A stretch of 64,000 bases of DNA from Haplodiscus bocki (GCA_965655095.1 OZ296650.1:14260001-14324000), one strand, 5' to 3'. Numbered from the stretch's first letter, positions 52,220-64,000 are shown. Translations and numbers: made by a program. Notes: generated by a model not told the origin, from the letters alone.

Positions 52220-52247
52220 CTGTGAATAGAGGACTACCTGCTCACAG
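52220..52247 (+). other. 3'-terminal stem-loop of LINE B
   Basis: ctgtga-atagaggactacctgc-tcacag, ending 13 nt before the element end. CR1/L2-group LINEs typically carry a 3' stem-loop recognised by ORF2p. Confidence 0.65.
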
Positions 52248-52260
52248 TACTGAACAGATG

Positions 52261-52800
52261 AAGTACGACAACTAGACTGCAAAAACTCTGGGCGTGCAGT
52301 ATCTTGACTTCCGAAAGCTTTCTAATAAATGCTTCATGATGTCTTTCTGTGAAAAAAGCGAGCATGCAGAAGGAGCAAAGGTTTTGAAGCTTATCAACTC
52401 ATAAGCAATTTGTCAAAATCAAAAACAACAAATAGATCTAACAGCATTGAAAGGAGTCGTGAATATCAACGATGTATCTTTTGCCCTCTTCCTTTTTTCG
52501 TCTACATGAAGCTTTTTTGTCTACTGTGTTTGATATCCCTCGCCGAATGCCAGTTTGACGTAGAAGTAAACTCACATCAAAGAAAAATCTGAAAGAAGCT
52601 TACGCCAACGGAATTGGCACGAACTTCTTGTAGAACAGAATTGGCACGAACTCCTTGTAGAATGGACAAAACCAGAAAGCGGACCAAAATTTCGTGGGCA
52701 GATCAAAGTCATCTGAATCCTCCCCAACTGCGGATCCAAGCTAGACAAAATGACATTTTTGAAACTGTGTTGGCACCACTTCGAAACAGTCTACTCTGAA
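52261..52800 (+). pseudogene. Old LINE ORF2 fragment, right part
   Basis: KYDN*TAKTLGVQYLDFRK (RT YLDF motif), then QRCIFCPLPFFVYM (decayed [10 protein letters not shown]). Confidence 0.7.
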
Positions 52801-54689
52801 AGCAGCACTTGGCGAATTATAGGCCAATATGCATACTGCAACAATATCGAAATATTGACCAACACTACACTTTGAAAAAGGTGATAAACCACAGGACTGG
52901 GTCCTAAATTCTGATCTACCAGTACATGCGTTTTGAGCCGGTTGAAAAAACTTCGAGACCGTGGCAATAATAAAATTCTTCGAGAGGATCCTTTTCATTC
53001 ATTGACAAAGATCTGGTTTTCCATGGTATGTTCATTTTGACTAAAGTGGTTTTCGGAGCTGGTTAACCATGTCGAGGTGGCTGTTCATCACGTCAAAAAT
53101 TAACAAATAGACCCTTTTCTGTTGCGAAAATTTCAACGCTTTGAATAATTTACAATTTTTCGATGCTTTGGATATTTGACGCGGTGAGAATTCTCGCCAT
53201 TATGCATGGGGATATTTGTCAGTATTCTTATTTATGACAATACCTTCATTCCCTGCTCCTGCAGCTTTACATTTTTTTGAGATGAGTATCAAATGCATGA
53301 GAAAATAGATGATTTTTTATGTGCAAGTTGTATAATTTTGTCCCACTGCCCTGATTTTTTTTCAGACATATTGGCGTAATTTACTCTTTCTCTGTATGTG
53401 CAAGTAGGACTATAAAATTTCTTTCTAGGTTGCAATGGGAATACCTTAAATGCCAATTTGGCAACGACGCTTCTTACTAACTGTGCAATTACATCAACAA
53501 AAGTTACGTCACCCGAATTTCAAAAAACGTGCTAGTACCACTAGAAGGTCATCAGCTAAAATGGTTAGTGGTAGCCAGTCTTGATTGAGGCAAATAAAGC
53601 TTCAAAGTTACCGAGTGTTCAATATGTAGTCAAATTCTAATTTGCTTCCAGGGAGATTCAGGAGACGCAGATGTGAAACATCCCCTCAGGGTTAGTCGTT
53701 TTTCAAAGTTTTCCGTAGTTTCTGTTAATAAAAAGATTACTGTTTTCCGTTCTCTTTTCATGCTCAACGTTTCATTTATTTTCATAAAAAAGTTCACTAT
53801 CGACAAATCAAACAGCTATGACTCGAAGGTTGTAAGTTTAGCAAAAGTAATTATTAGAAAAATAGCGAAGATCCGCGTGATTGACATACTGCGTGCAAAA
53901 TTTGAAATTTTTGTCACTTGAATCGTGTTCATTTCCCCCATTTCATTGGTGAAAAAAGAATATTTCAATTTTTGGCATGTGCAAGATCTGAAGAATGGAT
54001 CAAAATAGTGAACTTTTCATCTGAAACTCATTAACCCTAAATGAACGACGACGGTCAAGTAGAGATTTCATGGAATTTAGTCTTTATGCACACGCTATAA
54101 TTGTATAATTCCGGATTTCAAACTAAAAATTCGCAGTCTTCAACCAGCAATGTACCATAGGTTTGGGTCTTCATTGCACCACTCGAACCTTCGTGGAATA
54201 TTTTTTCTAAAAAAATGTTTCGCGTGAACCTATATTTCTACGCAGAGAGTTCCCAAACATTGCAGAAGGCTAATTTAGTTGTCATTTGATGCCAAAAATG
54301 TAGGAGATCAAAATAACAGAATGGGTCGAAAGCGTACCGGTCAGATCAATCATTGCATTCAATTCTTATTGAGTTCATAAATTGTGAAACAGAAAAGTAA
54401 TTTCGAGCTGTAATACAGAGATATACTTTTCATTTCATACAGTTATAGGTTTTGCATCACGTATGTGATTTTTAATCGTGGTTCTCAAGCATGAGGCCGG
54501 TCGCTACTCGAAAGCATCTTGCTTGAAGTCTTTTACTGCAATGTTCGTTTTCGGACCTCCTCACTTCCGATGAATTTTCAGTTAACTCTATTTTGGGTTT
54601 CGTTCTTCGTTTGTGCGTTGACGTCTCTATATGAACTTTGCAGGGCTCAGAGGCTAAGGAAGTTTTGTAATCGTCGAGTCAAAACGTTT

Positions 54690-56560
54690 TTCTCTACCTA
54701 GTGTTTATCTTGATAGTCTCTCCTGTGAATGATCCATACGCTGGCTGCTATTATGTTCAGAAAGTGGAACAATATTTTGATGCAGCCAAGCGCGCTGCAA
54801 TGAGTAGTCATACCAAATCGTCCCAAACAGGAATTGATTTCGCCAACGTATCCCGTATGGGTATTGTAGGTTTTGACAATGTTTAGAGAACTTTTCGCAA
54901 CTCTTGTATTTCTGAAGATCGATTCGCGGTTAGAACCCACAACACTGCTCAAAAGTGTCACCCCCTTGTTTTCAAGCTAGAGAAGAACGAAAATTTGAGA
55001 TTGTTGTGGATTTGGAAAAATGGGTTCCTCGTACAGCAAACACAAAGTTTATTTAAATCTAGACAGATTGCTTGGAAATCGGAGCTGCTGTGTAATGGTG
55101 AGCGCTTTGTCGCAACTTGGAAAAATAGGTTCGAATCCTTTCAGTTGTAATTCTTTGCTTGAGTGTTGTAACATTGCATGTTATGGTGAAACTACAACAG
55201 AAAAAACTTGTGCCCTTTTAAAACTAATCTTTAAAGGAAATATGAACAAAATTTGAACCTTGCACTTTCGGGAGTCTAAACGGCGCTATATTCAAGATAA
55301 ACTACTCTCTTATCTATAATCAAACATTATTTACTATAAATTTAGTATAAATATGAATTCGTCGTTTACGGGACACAACAAAATTGCAGATTCTAAATTA
55401 AAGTTGATTTAAACTAACGACATTTCTCAAATCTGAGACGAGCTGTTGAGATGCCACTGGTGGCAAGTCTAATCGCGGGACCTCGCATCCAATACTCTCA
55501 TCAACAATCTAAAAGAAGAATTGAACATTTAAAACCCGCTCCGGCTAAGAAGAAGATCTAGGAGCAGATGCACATTCATTAGAATTGTCTAGATAGTGTA
55601 GTGGTTGCTATACTCGGTTTTCTTTGCTTATTGAGATTCGGAAAAGTTAAACTTGTCACTCTGCCTAATCGGAGCGTACCGATTGCAAGTATTTCTTTTT
55701 CGCTAAGTAGACTTGTAATTAAGGGCCATTGTACTAGTTAGCGAGATGAAATCTTATGGTTTCTATTTTCAGCAATTGCATTTGGCAATCGAGCGACGAC
55801 CTGACCGGATTTACGACAGCTTCCAAAACCTTTGGGCTCCTGGAATTCTTCGTCGTAGAACTCAGTTTTGTGAGTAAACCTGATCGGCCATAAAAAATGA
55901 GAAGTTTGCATCCCGGTTTCTTGTGTTTTTTTTTGGGTTGTATTGACGCAGAACTGTTTTTTGCCAATGATCTGTTCGGCTTCGCTCATTTTTTCCTCCA
56001 ATGATAAATTTTCAGCGAAACTTGAATCTATGAACAACTTATTCAAATTTCGAGGGTTTTTTTATCGGTTATTGCGGCCAAATGTTAAATTTTGGTTATC
56101 ATCTCAAACTTGTCTCTTGAAAAAACATTGACGATGATCTCAATTCAAGGAACAATTGCTTCAATAACGGCGAATCGCTCCCAATATGATCAGGGTCATA
56201 TAAATAGCAATTCCCATATAATTTCTCAAGTATTTTCCATCAATTTTGACCGCGCTTTTTCGTGCTTTTGGGAACGCATACTCCGTTGAATTTTCAAACA
56301 TTTCCTCGAGTTAACAATTTGGAAAATAGTCAAGAACTGTAGAGGTGACCGCCTTTTATGAGACTGTTGACGAGTTCCCTTCCATATGCTCGGTTCAGGA
56401 TCTTTTGGGCGCCATCTGTTCTTCTTCGTGAAGTTTGCCAATGGTTCATCGTCAGATTTTTGGAAAAAATCAGCCTCTACCAAGTCTTCCTTCTCGATAT
56501 CGGAATCCGAATTTTTCATTCCAGCGTGAGTTCCCCTCATCGGTTTCTGAGGCTAAATAC
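54690..56560 (-). mobile_element. Degenerate piggyBac-family transposase, with a probable insertion at ~55.0-55.7 kb
   Basis: SDDEPL..W..SPLQF (56226-56540), ENLSLEEKM (decayed DEQM), PKKKHKKPGCKLLIFYGRSG (KPxKWGxK), TLLSSVVG and IVKTYNTHTGYVGE..KILFHFLNIIAASVWI (YNxxMGGVD..FFHFL..NAWI). Confidence 0.75.
55081..55148 (+). pseudogene. tRNA-like remnant (tRNA pseudogene or SINE head)
   Basis: A-box-like tgtgtaatggt, a perfect B-box ggttcgaatcc (55128-55138) and a partial acceptor pairing agctg/cagtt. No clean anticodon arm. Confidence 0.55.
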
Positions 56561-58229
56561 GAGCTTTCAGATGGTTTCTCTTTGGAGGAGTGCTTATGTG
56601 GGTCCTGAAGTTGGATGATCCGATAGGTCTCCGTTTGTCGCAATGCAGGCAGTCTCCATCGGAATGATCACAGCATAGAAGTATAAAGCATTTGTGACAG
56701 CTCATGGAGACGTCCTTTCAGCAACCAGGCCGATAACAGTTGCTAGAACAAGGGTTTACGGCACAGTCGTTGCACATCCATCGTTCGAAAAGACATAAGT
56801 GCTCTGTTCGCATACAAACTCTGGACCTTCTGTTTACAGTTGACGCAAATTGTTGGTTTCGAAAGTCTTTTCAGATAAACATGGCACTTATCGGCACAGA
56901 AAAATATCACTTTTTGTGTTTTTCTTTAGTTTATTTTCAGAAGCAATCGCATCTGAAGAATCAGCTTTGTCATTTATTTCAGCTGGCAGATAACTTTCAT
57001 TGGTAACTGGTTCATTTAGCAAATCTACAAGCGCTAAATACAGCTCAGTGTCGGAGAGGTCCACTGCATCGAGAAGTTCGCCGGTTGCTACTTCAATCTC
57101 CCACGTTCGTTTTATTGCCAGGATTTTGTGAGAGACCGGCCCCGTAATACATAATTCTATCAAATTCTTCAGGACTCAAAGCAACTCCGATCCATTTTTG
57201 TCCCATCTCCAGGCGACTTTTTGACCGTACCAATCTTGCAGAGAGAATTCTCAGATTTTTCGTGTGCACTTTGTCCTATCTACCATTTTCCTAAAGCACT
57301 TCTTTCACTCCACTTTCTTTCAGAAGCTCTGGACGTATCATTTTAGGGGGTTCCTCTAGTTTGAGAAGGGTATGAGGGTGACGCTTGCGTCGCTGTTTTA
57401 TTTCATTCAATACTTGATCAATTTTTCCGTTCCATTTTTTTTGGGTGAAAATTTCCAATGTACTTCCAAAAGTAATTGGGACTGCAAATTGCACGCGTTC
57501 ACACTATGTTCTTCCCATTTGACTTCACTATCAAAAATCATTTTGATCAGAAACGAATGAATTGATAGTAATTGATAATGACAGCTTAATGGATTTTGAA
57601 AAATCTGCGTTTATAATTTTGCGTCGTAATATATATTACGGAAGAAAAATAATTCCCTCAGTATTTAGACTTTTATCTTCATTATTTGCCAACTCGGAGT
57701 CAACGTGCGCACGTTTTTTAATGACCAAAATGATCCTCTGGACACGTAGAAAGCAGTTTTGACAACTCAGCCAGAAAGTTTCGACTCAAGGTCAAAATGT
57801 TTTTGCGCTAAGTCCGAAAAAGTTTGAAATTTGATATTTTTTAATTGTTACTGAATCCTAAATAAAAAGGAGCTAGTGAACTGTGTCTCGGCTTTTCAAA
57901 ACCATCACACTTTTTCTAACGTCATTGCCGAAAGATCGAAGCAAGCAAGTGAAATTAGCAAGCCAATAAAAAGCGAGTAATTAAAACTCAGTGATTCCAT
58001 TCCGGTTATGGCGTCATGATGATCGTGTCGAGTCGGGAAAGTGAGTGAGTTCATCAAATCGCCTGTTAAATTCGCCTGCCTGCTTTATGCATTCAGACGT
58101 GATCACAGTGACTTCGAAGCCCAAAAAACGCGAACGGATCTTTCAAATATTAAACTGTGGAAGTGAAGTGGCAGAGAAGGGGTTGCTAGTGTATATAATT
58201 AAACTTTGATTTTACTGAATGTTGAAACT

Positions 58230-58900
58230 CACTCTTCTCCATAACTACACTGTTCAATGACCATAGTCTGTTACGGTTTGTTTGCGATCACAAAAAAACA
58301 GAATTTTTCGATAGTTTTTACAGCGCGAGAAACTTGATAATCGAGCTGTTTTTGGTCATTTCAATTTTTCATCAGTGTTATTTTTCTGTCTTCAGAGATG
58401 AGCCTTAAAATGACCCAAATTCTCCACTGGCAAAGAAAGGAGACTCCAGTTTTTCATCTGCGAAATTGTGGTAGACATCAGAATTTTTTTCGGCTAGACA
58501 ATGTGATAATCGAGCCTCATTTGATATTTTGAACTGTTTTAGTGAAAGTTTTTTTTATTATGTTGGGGCAGTTACCCTAAAAACAATCCAAATTTTTGAA
58601 TAATGTTACATTGAAGCTCCAATTGTCTACCGTTCAGTTTTTGGGTCGTGATCACAAAGTTTTTCATTATTTTCAACGAAACAATGAACGGTTTTCAATG
58701 ACCATCTGATATTTTGTCTTCAGTCCTATATCTTGGAAGCAAGGACTGGAATTGAGGCCGATTTGATAATAACTATACCACTCGTTTGTATCACACATGA
58801 CGGTGCAGTCAGAATTTTTTGATAGGTTTTCTCCGAAAAAATTAAAGTTGATCTGTTTTGAATACTCCCTAAATGCTCAGATTTATGTCAAATCCGTGGA
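58230..58900 (-). repeat. Degenerate ~170-bp tandem array, probably related to the satellite family and inverted
   Basis: gataatcgagc at 58336 and 58505; cagaattttt at ~58299, 58478 and 58810. Confidence 0.5.
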
Positions 58901-59369
58901 GCAAGAAGGTTGCACTCAAAGAATGATTGCACGATATCTTTGTTTTTAGGGAACTCTTGTGCCGAGCTTAGCCCTGAGCCTCGGTGTTTATGTTTTTTCT
59001 CCTTTGCTTCGTTTCATGTCGAAGTTGGCAACATTTTGATCTAGATTTTCGAAATCATAATACTCCAACCCCGAGCTTGAAATGTTCCATCAGGGGCTCA
59101 AGGGACACCTCTCTACTTGAGGATAACTGTTCAATACAAAGATTATGGGTCTTGATCCTTGCGTCGGATGACGGCGCAGAAATCAAGGAATCTTGAGTGT
59201 CAAAAAATGCTAAAGATTGCTTTTAATCCTCAATTGCAAATGCTCTTTGATGGTGCAGAAATCAAAGAATCTTGATACTCCGAAAAGAATGATGTTAATT
59301 CCGATATTCGAATTAATATCATTCGCGCACAGAACATATTTCAACCGAGTACTCCTCTAATAGTATATA

Positions 59370-60150
59370 GCTATCGATCGAGACCTTGATCGAAAAAATC
59401 AAAGTTGTACTTACAGAGAAATATGAGTCTGAATATCAAGAAGAACCCACATTTTTTTGCATTTTAGTGTATTTTTCGGACTATCAAGATTTGTATGGAA
59501 AGAACAAGAAGAACCATTTTCAAGTCGAGTTGGCCAGCAAAAACAGAAAGCTTCCGATTCAGACCTTGATGGTGGCAATCAATGCTGTTGATACGGAGGA
59601 CAATGAGTTTGAATGTCGAGATGGATCATTTTAATAGCACATTGTGCTTTTTCGGGCTATCAAAATTTCTATGCAAGAATATAGATCATTCATTTTTAAA
59701 ACGATTTTTCCTGCAATAACAGCTTTTGATTGAGAAGTTGATGGATGAAATGAAGCCTGTAGTTACGGAGAAACATCAGTTTGAGTATCGAGATAAATAA
59801 AATATAATAACACTTTATGGAATTGTCGGACCATTACGATGCCGGGAACAAAATTGATTTATTTTCAATAAAAAAAGTTCACCACGAGTAGAAAGCTTTC
59901 TTTTGAAACTGAGATCAATCCTTTAAAACCTGTGCTTTTGCAGAAAAATTGAGCTTCGGCATCAAGAAAGTTCAATACTACTGGCCTTTTTTGTCATTCC
60001 CTCAATGTCAAGATCAAAAAACGTCATGTTGCTGGTGAGATTTTTTGGAAGACAATTTTTTGGCCTTGGAGAAACAAGAGTAGCTAAAAACTGTTGCCAA
60101 AAAACTGAACAAAATTGAAATTCTTACGTTTTCAATTGAATTTTTCAACG
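59370..60150 (+). repeat. Degenerate ~175-bp satellite-like array
   Basis: tcgatcgagaccttgat at ~59376, ccgattcagaccttgat at ~59554 and tgattgagaagttgat at ~59727; same motif as the 26-28 kb array. Confidence 0.75.
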
Positions 60151-63100
60151 GAGTTAGCTTTTATACGGCTTTTCTGGGCAAATTGATTATTCCCTGTTTT
60201 TGAAAAGCAGTGAGAATCAACTATTTGTTTTAAATACGCCGGAAAGTGGATAATTTTTCAGAAAGAGTGCCCATTTATTGAAAGAGCAGCAATGTTTCGA
60301 AAAAAAAAACGTTTTTTTTTGCAATTGAAATTAGATTGTGAAAACTTCAAAATTCGTGACCGTTAGAAAGATCGGAACCCGTTGTTTGGTCACCTGACTG
60401 CGGTGCCGTGGCATATTTGTAACATGCAAGCTGCCAACGATACTGCATACACGAAGTCTGTGCGTCTTGGGCACCTTCAGCAAGAGTAAACAAATCCAAG
60501 TACTGAATTGAATTTTTTCCGTGGAAAATAATTATTGGTTGTGGATCAATTAAAAAGGAAGACGATCACAAATTGTAAATGAAAAGTAAATTTGTAGATG
60601 AAATCCGTACGAACAGCACTTCGTCTGAATGTGCTTTTCCAAGTTGCTAATTCGGCATCGATGAATGCTATAGCCCTTGAAGAACTCAAATGTCAATATT
60701 GCTCCTTCTTTGATGGTAGAAAATAACTGGAACTTCATTAAATCATTGACCAAAAAGTTTATTTAAGTCTTTTCAATTATAGCTAACTTGCACGCAGGTT
60801 CTGATTTTTGTTCCAATCCATTCTCAACTCGCATTTGTGCCTACCTTTATTTTTTTCATGTACTCTGGTTTTCTTGCGAAAATTTGTTCGTGCGCTCTTG
60901 CAGTTGCACAAACTTGTTCGCGTGGCCTATTTTCCAGGGTTCGTGTTGGTTTCAAATATGTTCCAGCGTGCGTGCAGTTCGTATTTGATACACTTGTAGA
61001 TTAGATTTTAAGAAATAACTGAGTTAATCGGATTTTTCTTCAGTTGTTTAATCATTTGATTTTTGGTACCGTGGCGCCTTCTTGAATCAGTTTTTGGTCT
61101 TCGATTTGTTCACTAATGTTCCGTTGGCGCAAGTGCTGTTAAGCCCAACTTGACCTCTTTGTTGAAAAATCGGGACATAATTGCCTCTTCGCCATCCTTC
61201 GTCGACAATAGTCGACAGCTTTGACTCTGTTTTTTGGTAATCTTATAAAGTAGTAGCTTCTAAGGCAGTAAATACTGCTTCTCAGAAGCGTGAAACATTT
61301 TCGATTCAGATGTATGCTCTGACGCCTGAATATCCATTATTTTTCTTTTAACTGATCGGCATCGCTGGGTGTTTCATCACTTTTGTGGCTGACAGATCTG
61401 TTCCTCCTGTTAACAAGACCATGGGACAGATGTTACGGGGCGAGAAGGTAGAAATATGAAGCATCTTCTGAAAACGTGAACAATCCACTGCATCATCCGG
61501 ATGCATGAACTTTGAACAAGTTACGGTGCAAAAACACATTTCTAATGTTCTTCAGTCAGGATGTTTCCATGTTGACAAAATTGGGGTGAATTTGATCTGA
61601 TTTTTTGCTAAGTCATGGAAAAATTGGAGTCTCATACTCAGAAATTGTAAGTGTAGATATTATGAAGGAAATACTCGAATTAAGTTTCGAATGTCAGATG
61701 ATTTTTTGAATCAATTAGTTCGCCGGGTCTCAATAATCAGTAAATGATCACCTAATGGCACAGTAGTTGTATACGGTAATCGAAGTATCAATGAGGACAA
61801 GAATTAAACGGTGTTAACTGAAGCAAATTTTTGTCAGCATGGTACAGAACGCACTTTTCACTTGTCTTTTTTGTTACCTTGGTGGTTTGAGTACTTTGAC
61901 TGGAAAAATTACCCCAGTGGGGTTCCAGATACTGAAACATCCGTTGATATTTAACCGAAAATGGTCGTCCGGTTCAAGACCATTTTTTCTGTGCAATTGA
62001 TTTTGGTTGGGGTACAAGTTATACACCACTTCCGGGGACACAACCTTATCCGAGTTGTAAGAGTTCATAAAAGCTGTCAACAGTCGATTTGAACAATGCA
62101 AATGATCAGTCATTTCTACAACGTCTTGTCGAGGGATTCACTTGCGCTAAAAGTGACATCATCAAGAAAATTGCTGCACGGTATTATATCTACTGTTGTT
62201 TTGCAAGAGACGCATGTGCCAATTAAAGCTTGAAACTCAGATTTTACTCTAGTGAGGTTGCTAATGAGGATCATAGGAAATCGCAAGTTCAAACTGTTTT
62301 TTGATAACAAACAAAGTACTACAAAATATCTGAAAAATGTCGTACCGAGATGCTCAACACGGGCTCCTTTGCCTTTTGATGTTAATACCATCGATTTGCC
62401 TTCAAGCAACATGAAGAAAATGTGCCTACACCGACGATTTGACTCTTTTGAGCGTGTGGTTTAACCAAAGAAGCTAGTGGAACCCTAAGCCTAGATCTCG
62501 GAAAAATCTACCCTTACATCTAGAACTGGGGGCTGAAAATGAACTGAGGAAAGACTGTCAGTAATATTTTTTAGCTTTGAACAAATCGGCTGGCTTATGA
62601 GGAGCTCCAATTGGAATGCGAAAGCGAAGCACCCCGTGTACCTCAGAGTCATTGGACCAATTGAAGTTTTACGTAGAGTTGGGAAAACTACAGCACTGGC
62701 TGTGGTGTTTTCAACTGCGGAAGATTGTTTCCCTGTTGGGGCTCTCAATTGCCCCGTCACCAGTGTAGATCGAACTCTGAACAATATGCGGCTCATCAGT
62801 GGCTGCAGAAGGAGCACTCAAATCTCCCAGTTCTGTGTGACATTTTATCTCAAGATTTCCGGAGAGAAAAAGCTGCGCTTGACCTGGTAAAGAAGGTCGT
62901 AGAAAATCGTGAACACGCTTTGCATGATGTCGCGGTAGCCCTCAGCCCTCACAGAATTCCCACATGCCATTTTAAAACCTCTGTCAGTGATCTAGTCATA
63001 GGTAGCCACGGTTCACTAGAAAAATAGCGCTGGAGAAGTGAAGGAATCGATGGCAGCTTCGAGAGACCTTGTTGAGTCGTTTTCTACCGGTACCGTCGCT

Positions 63101-64000
63101 TGATATCGTTTTGGTGGAAGCCTTCAAAAACACTGCTGGTTGAGATTGAAATGCCTTAGAAGTGCATGCGGATTCGAAGACCAACATATTCTGGACGGGT
63201 GCTCCAAATAAACGCCATCTAACCTCAGTCTTTCTTCCTTGATGACAGTGCCCTGGACTGGTTGCACAACGGCCTGCTTGATTTCTGACATACGAAATCA
63301 ACATTGTCCTGCTGCGAACTTTCGTTGGTGTGTACCATCGAAGCGCACGGCTAATGAAGAAGCCACTTTGAATAAGGACAAAGGCGCTGGGCCAAGTGAA
63401 TAGTTCTCCCCTGAAAATATGAAGAATACTTCACCAAAGTAGATATGAAACGATTTGAACGGTCTTTCGAATAATGATACATGATCTCTGTAGACGGAGT
63501 TGGTCTCTAAGCAGCTTGAGCACCTAACATCGCTAGAATTACTTGAAGCGATTAGCATTAAATATGGATTCCCCGTGGAAGATGCTGTAAGTATATCCTG
63601 CATAAAAAGTTCGTCCGGAAATACTAACGCTGGTGCAGAAATTGTTTGAGACAACAGAAAATGATACAGAAAGGAACAGGAAAGCTGAACAAAATGTGCC
63701 CAATATTACCTTTGATCAGGAAAAGGGACCGAGAAAAGACCCTCTAAAACTACTCAAGCTTAGTGACAACGGCTTCAGAAATGGCAGGAAGAAGACTTCG
63801 GCAATGGAGTGAAAAATGCAAACTGACAGACGAAAAACAAGTGGGGTTCAGAGTTGGGATGTCAACTGTGGAATACCAAAAAGGAACCCGAAACCAACTG
63901 ATGCTGTTGCAAGACTTTTGAATGTCACAAGAGCCTACACATCTGCGTCAAATGTTGGAGGATAACGACCTGATAGAACTAATTCTGTGTAGTCTGGAGG

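Larger units (their letters stand above)
47368..52260 (+). mobile_element. Young full-length CR1-clade LINE B with three ORFs (SGNH-like ORF0, PHD-ORF1, APE-RT ORF2)
   Basis: Flanked by aag (47365-47367 and 52261-52263). Removing it restores an in-frame older RT (INQICHK|YDN..QYLDFRK). Only about 4 disabling lesions. Confidence 0.95.

Noticed and set aside
52611-52665. Short tandem duplications (27 bp here; also ~9211-9276 and ~59168-59280)
   Set aside because: Ordinary local duplications with no further structure.
54701-54886. Plus-strand ORF with an acceptor-like site, as a possible host exon
   Set aside because: Better explained as antisense to the piggyBac transposase remnant.

Overview
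This is eukaryotic (metazoan-like), AT-rich DNA made almost entirely of nested transposable elements. I cannot support any intact host gene, rRNA or CRISPR array. It contains a decayed Ty3/Gypsy element (- strand, about 11.7-17.9 kb, followed by about 2.3 kb of extra coding-like sequence), a decayed BEL/Pao element (- strand, about 33.4-38.0 kb), a decayed piggyBac transposase, a TA-flanked MITE, several arrays of an approximately 175-bp tandem repeat, a 180-bp palindrome and at least six CR1-group LINE copies or fragments. The most interesting signal is that all three LINEs whose 5' ends survive (about 28.7, 41.7 and 47.4 kb) carry a stand-alone ORF0 with SGNH-hydrolase-like motifs (GASSL...IWH...VYxQ) upstream of a PHD-finger ORF1 and an APE-RT ORF2. 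The youngest copy (47368-52260) is delimited by its insertion into an older RT gene, which places ORF0 inside the element. That copy also has tandem monomers between ORF0 and ORF1, and a 15-nt segment at the end of ORF0 that is exactly complementary to its 3'-terminal stem-loop 4.1 kb away. All family assignments come from motif recognition by eye; no database search was run.
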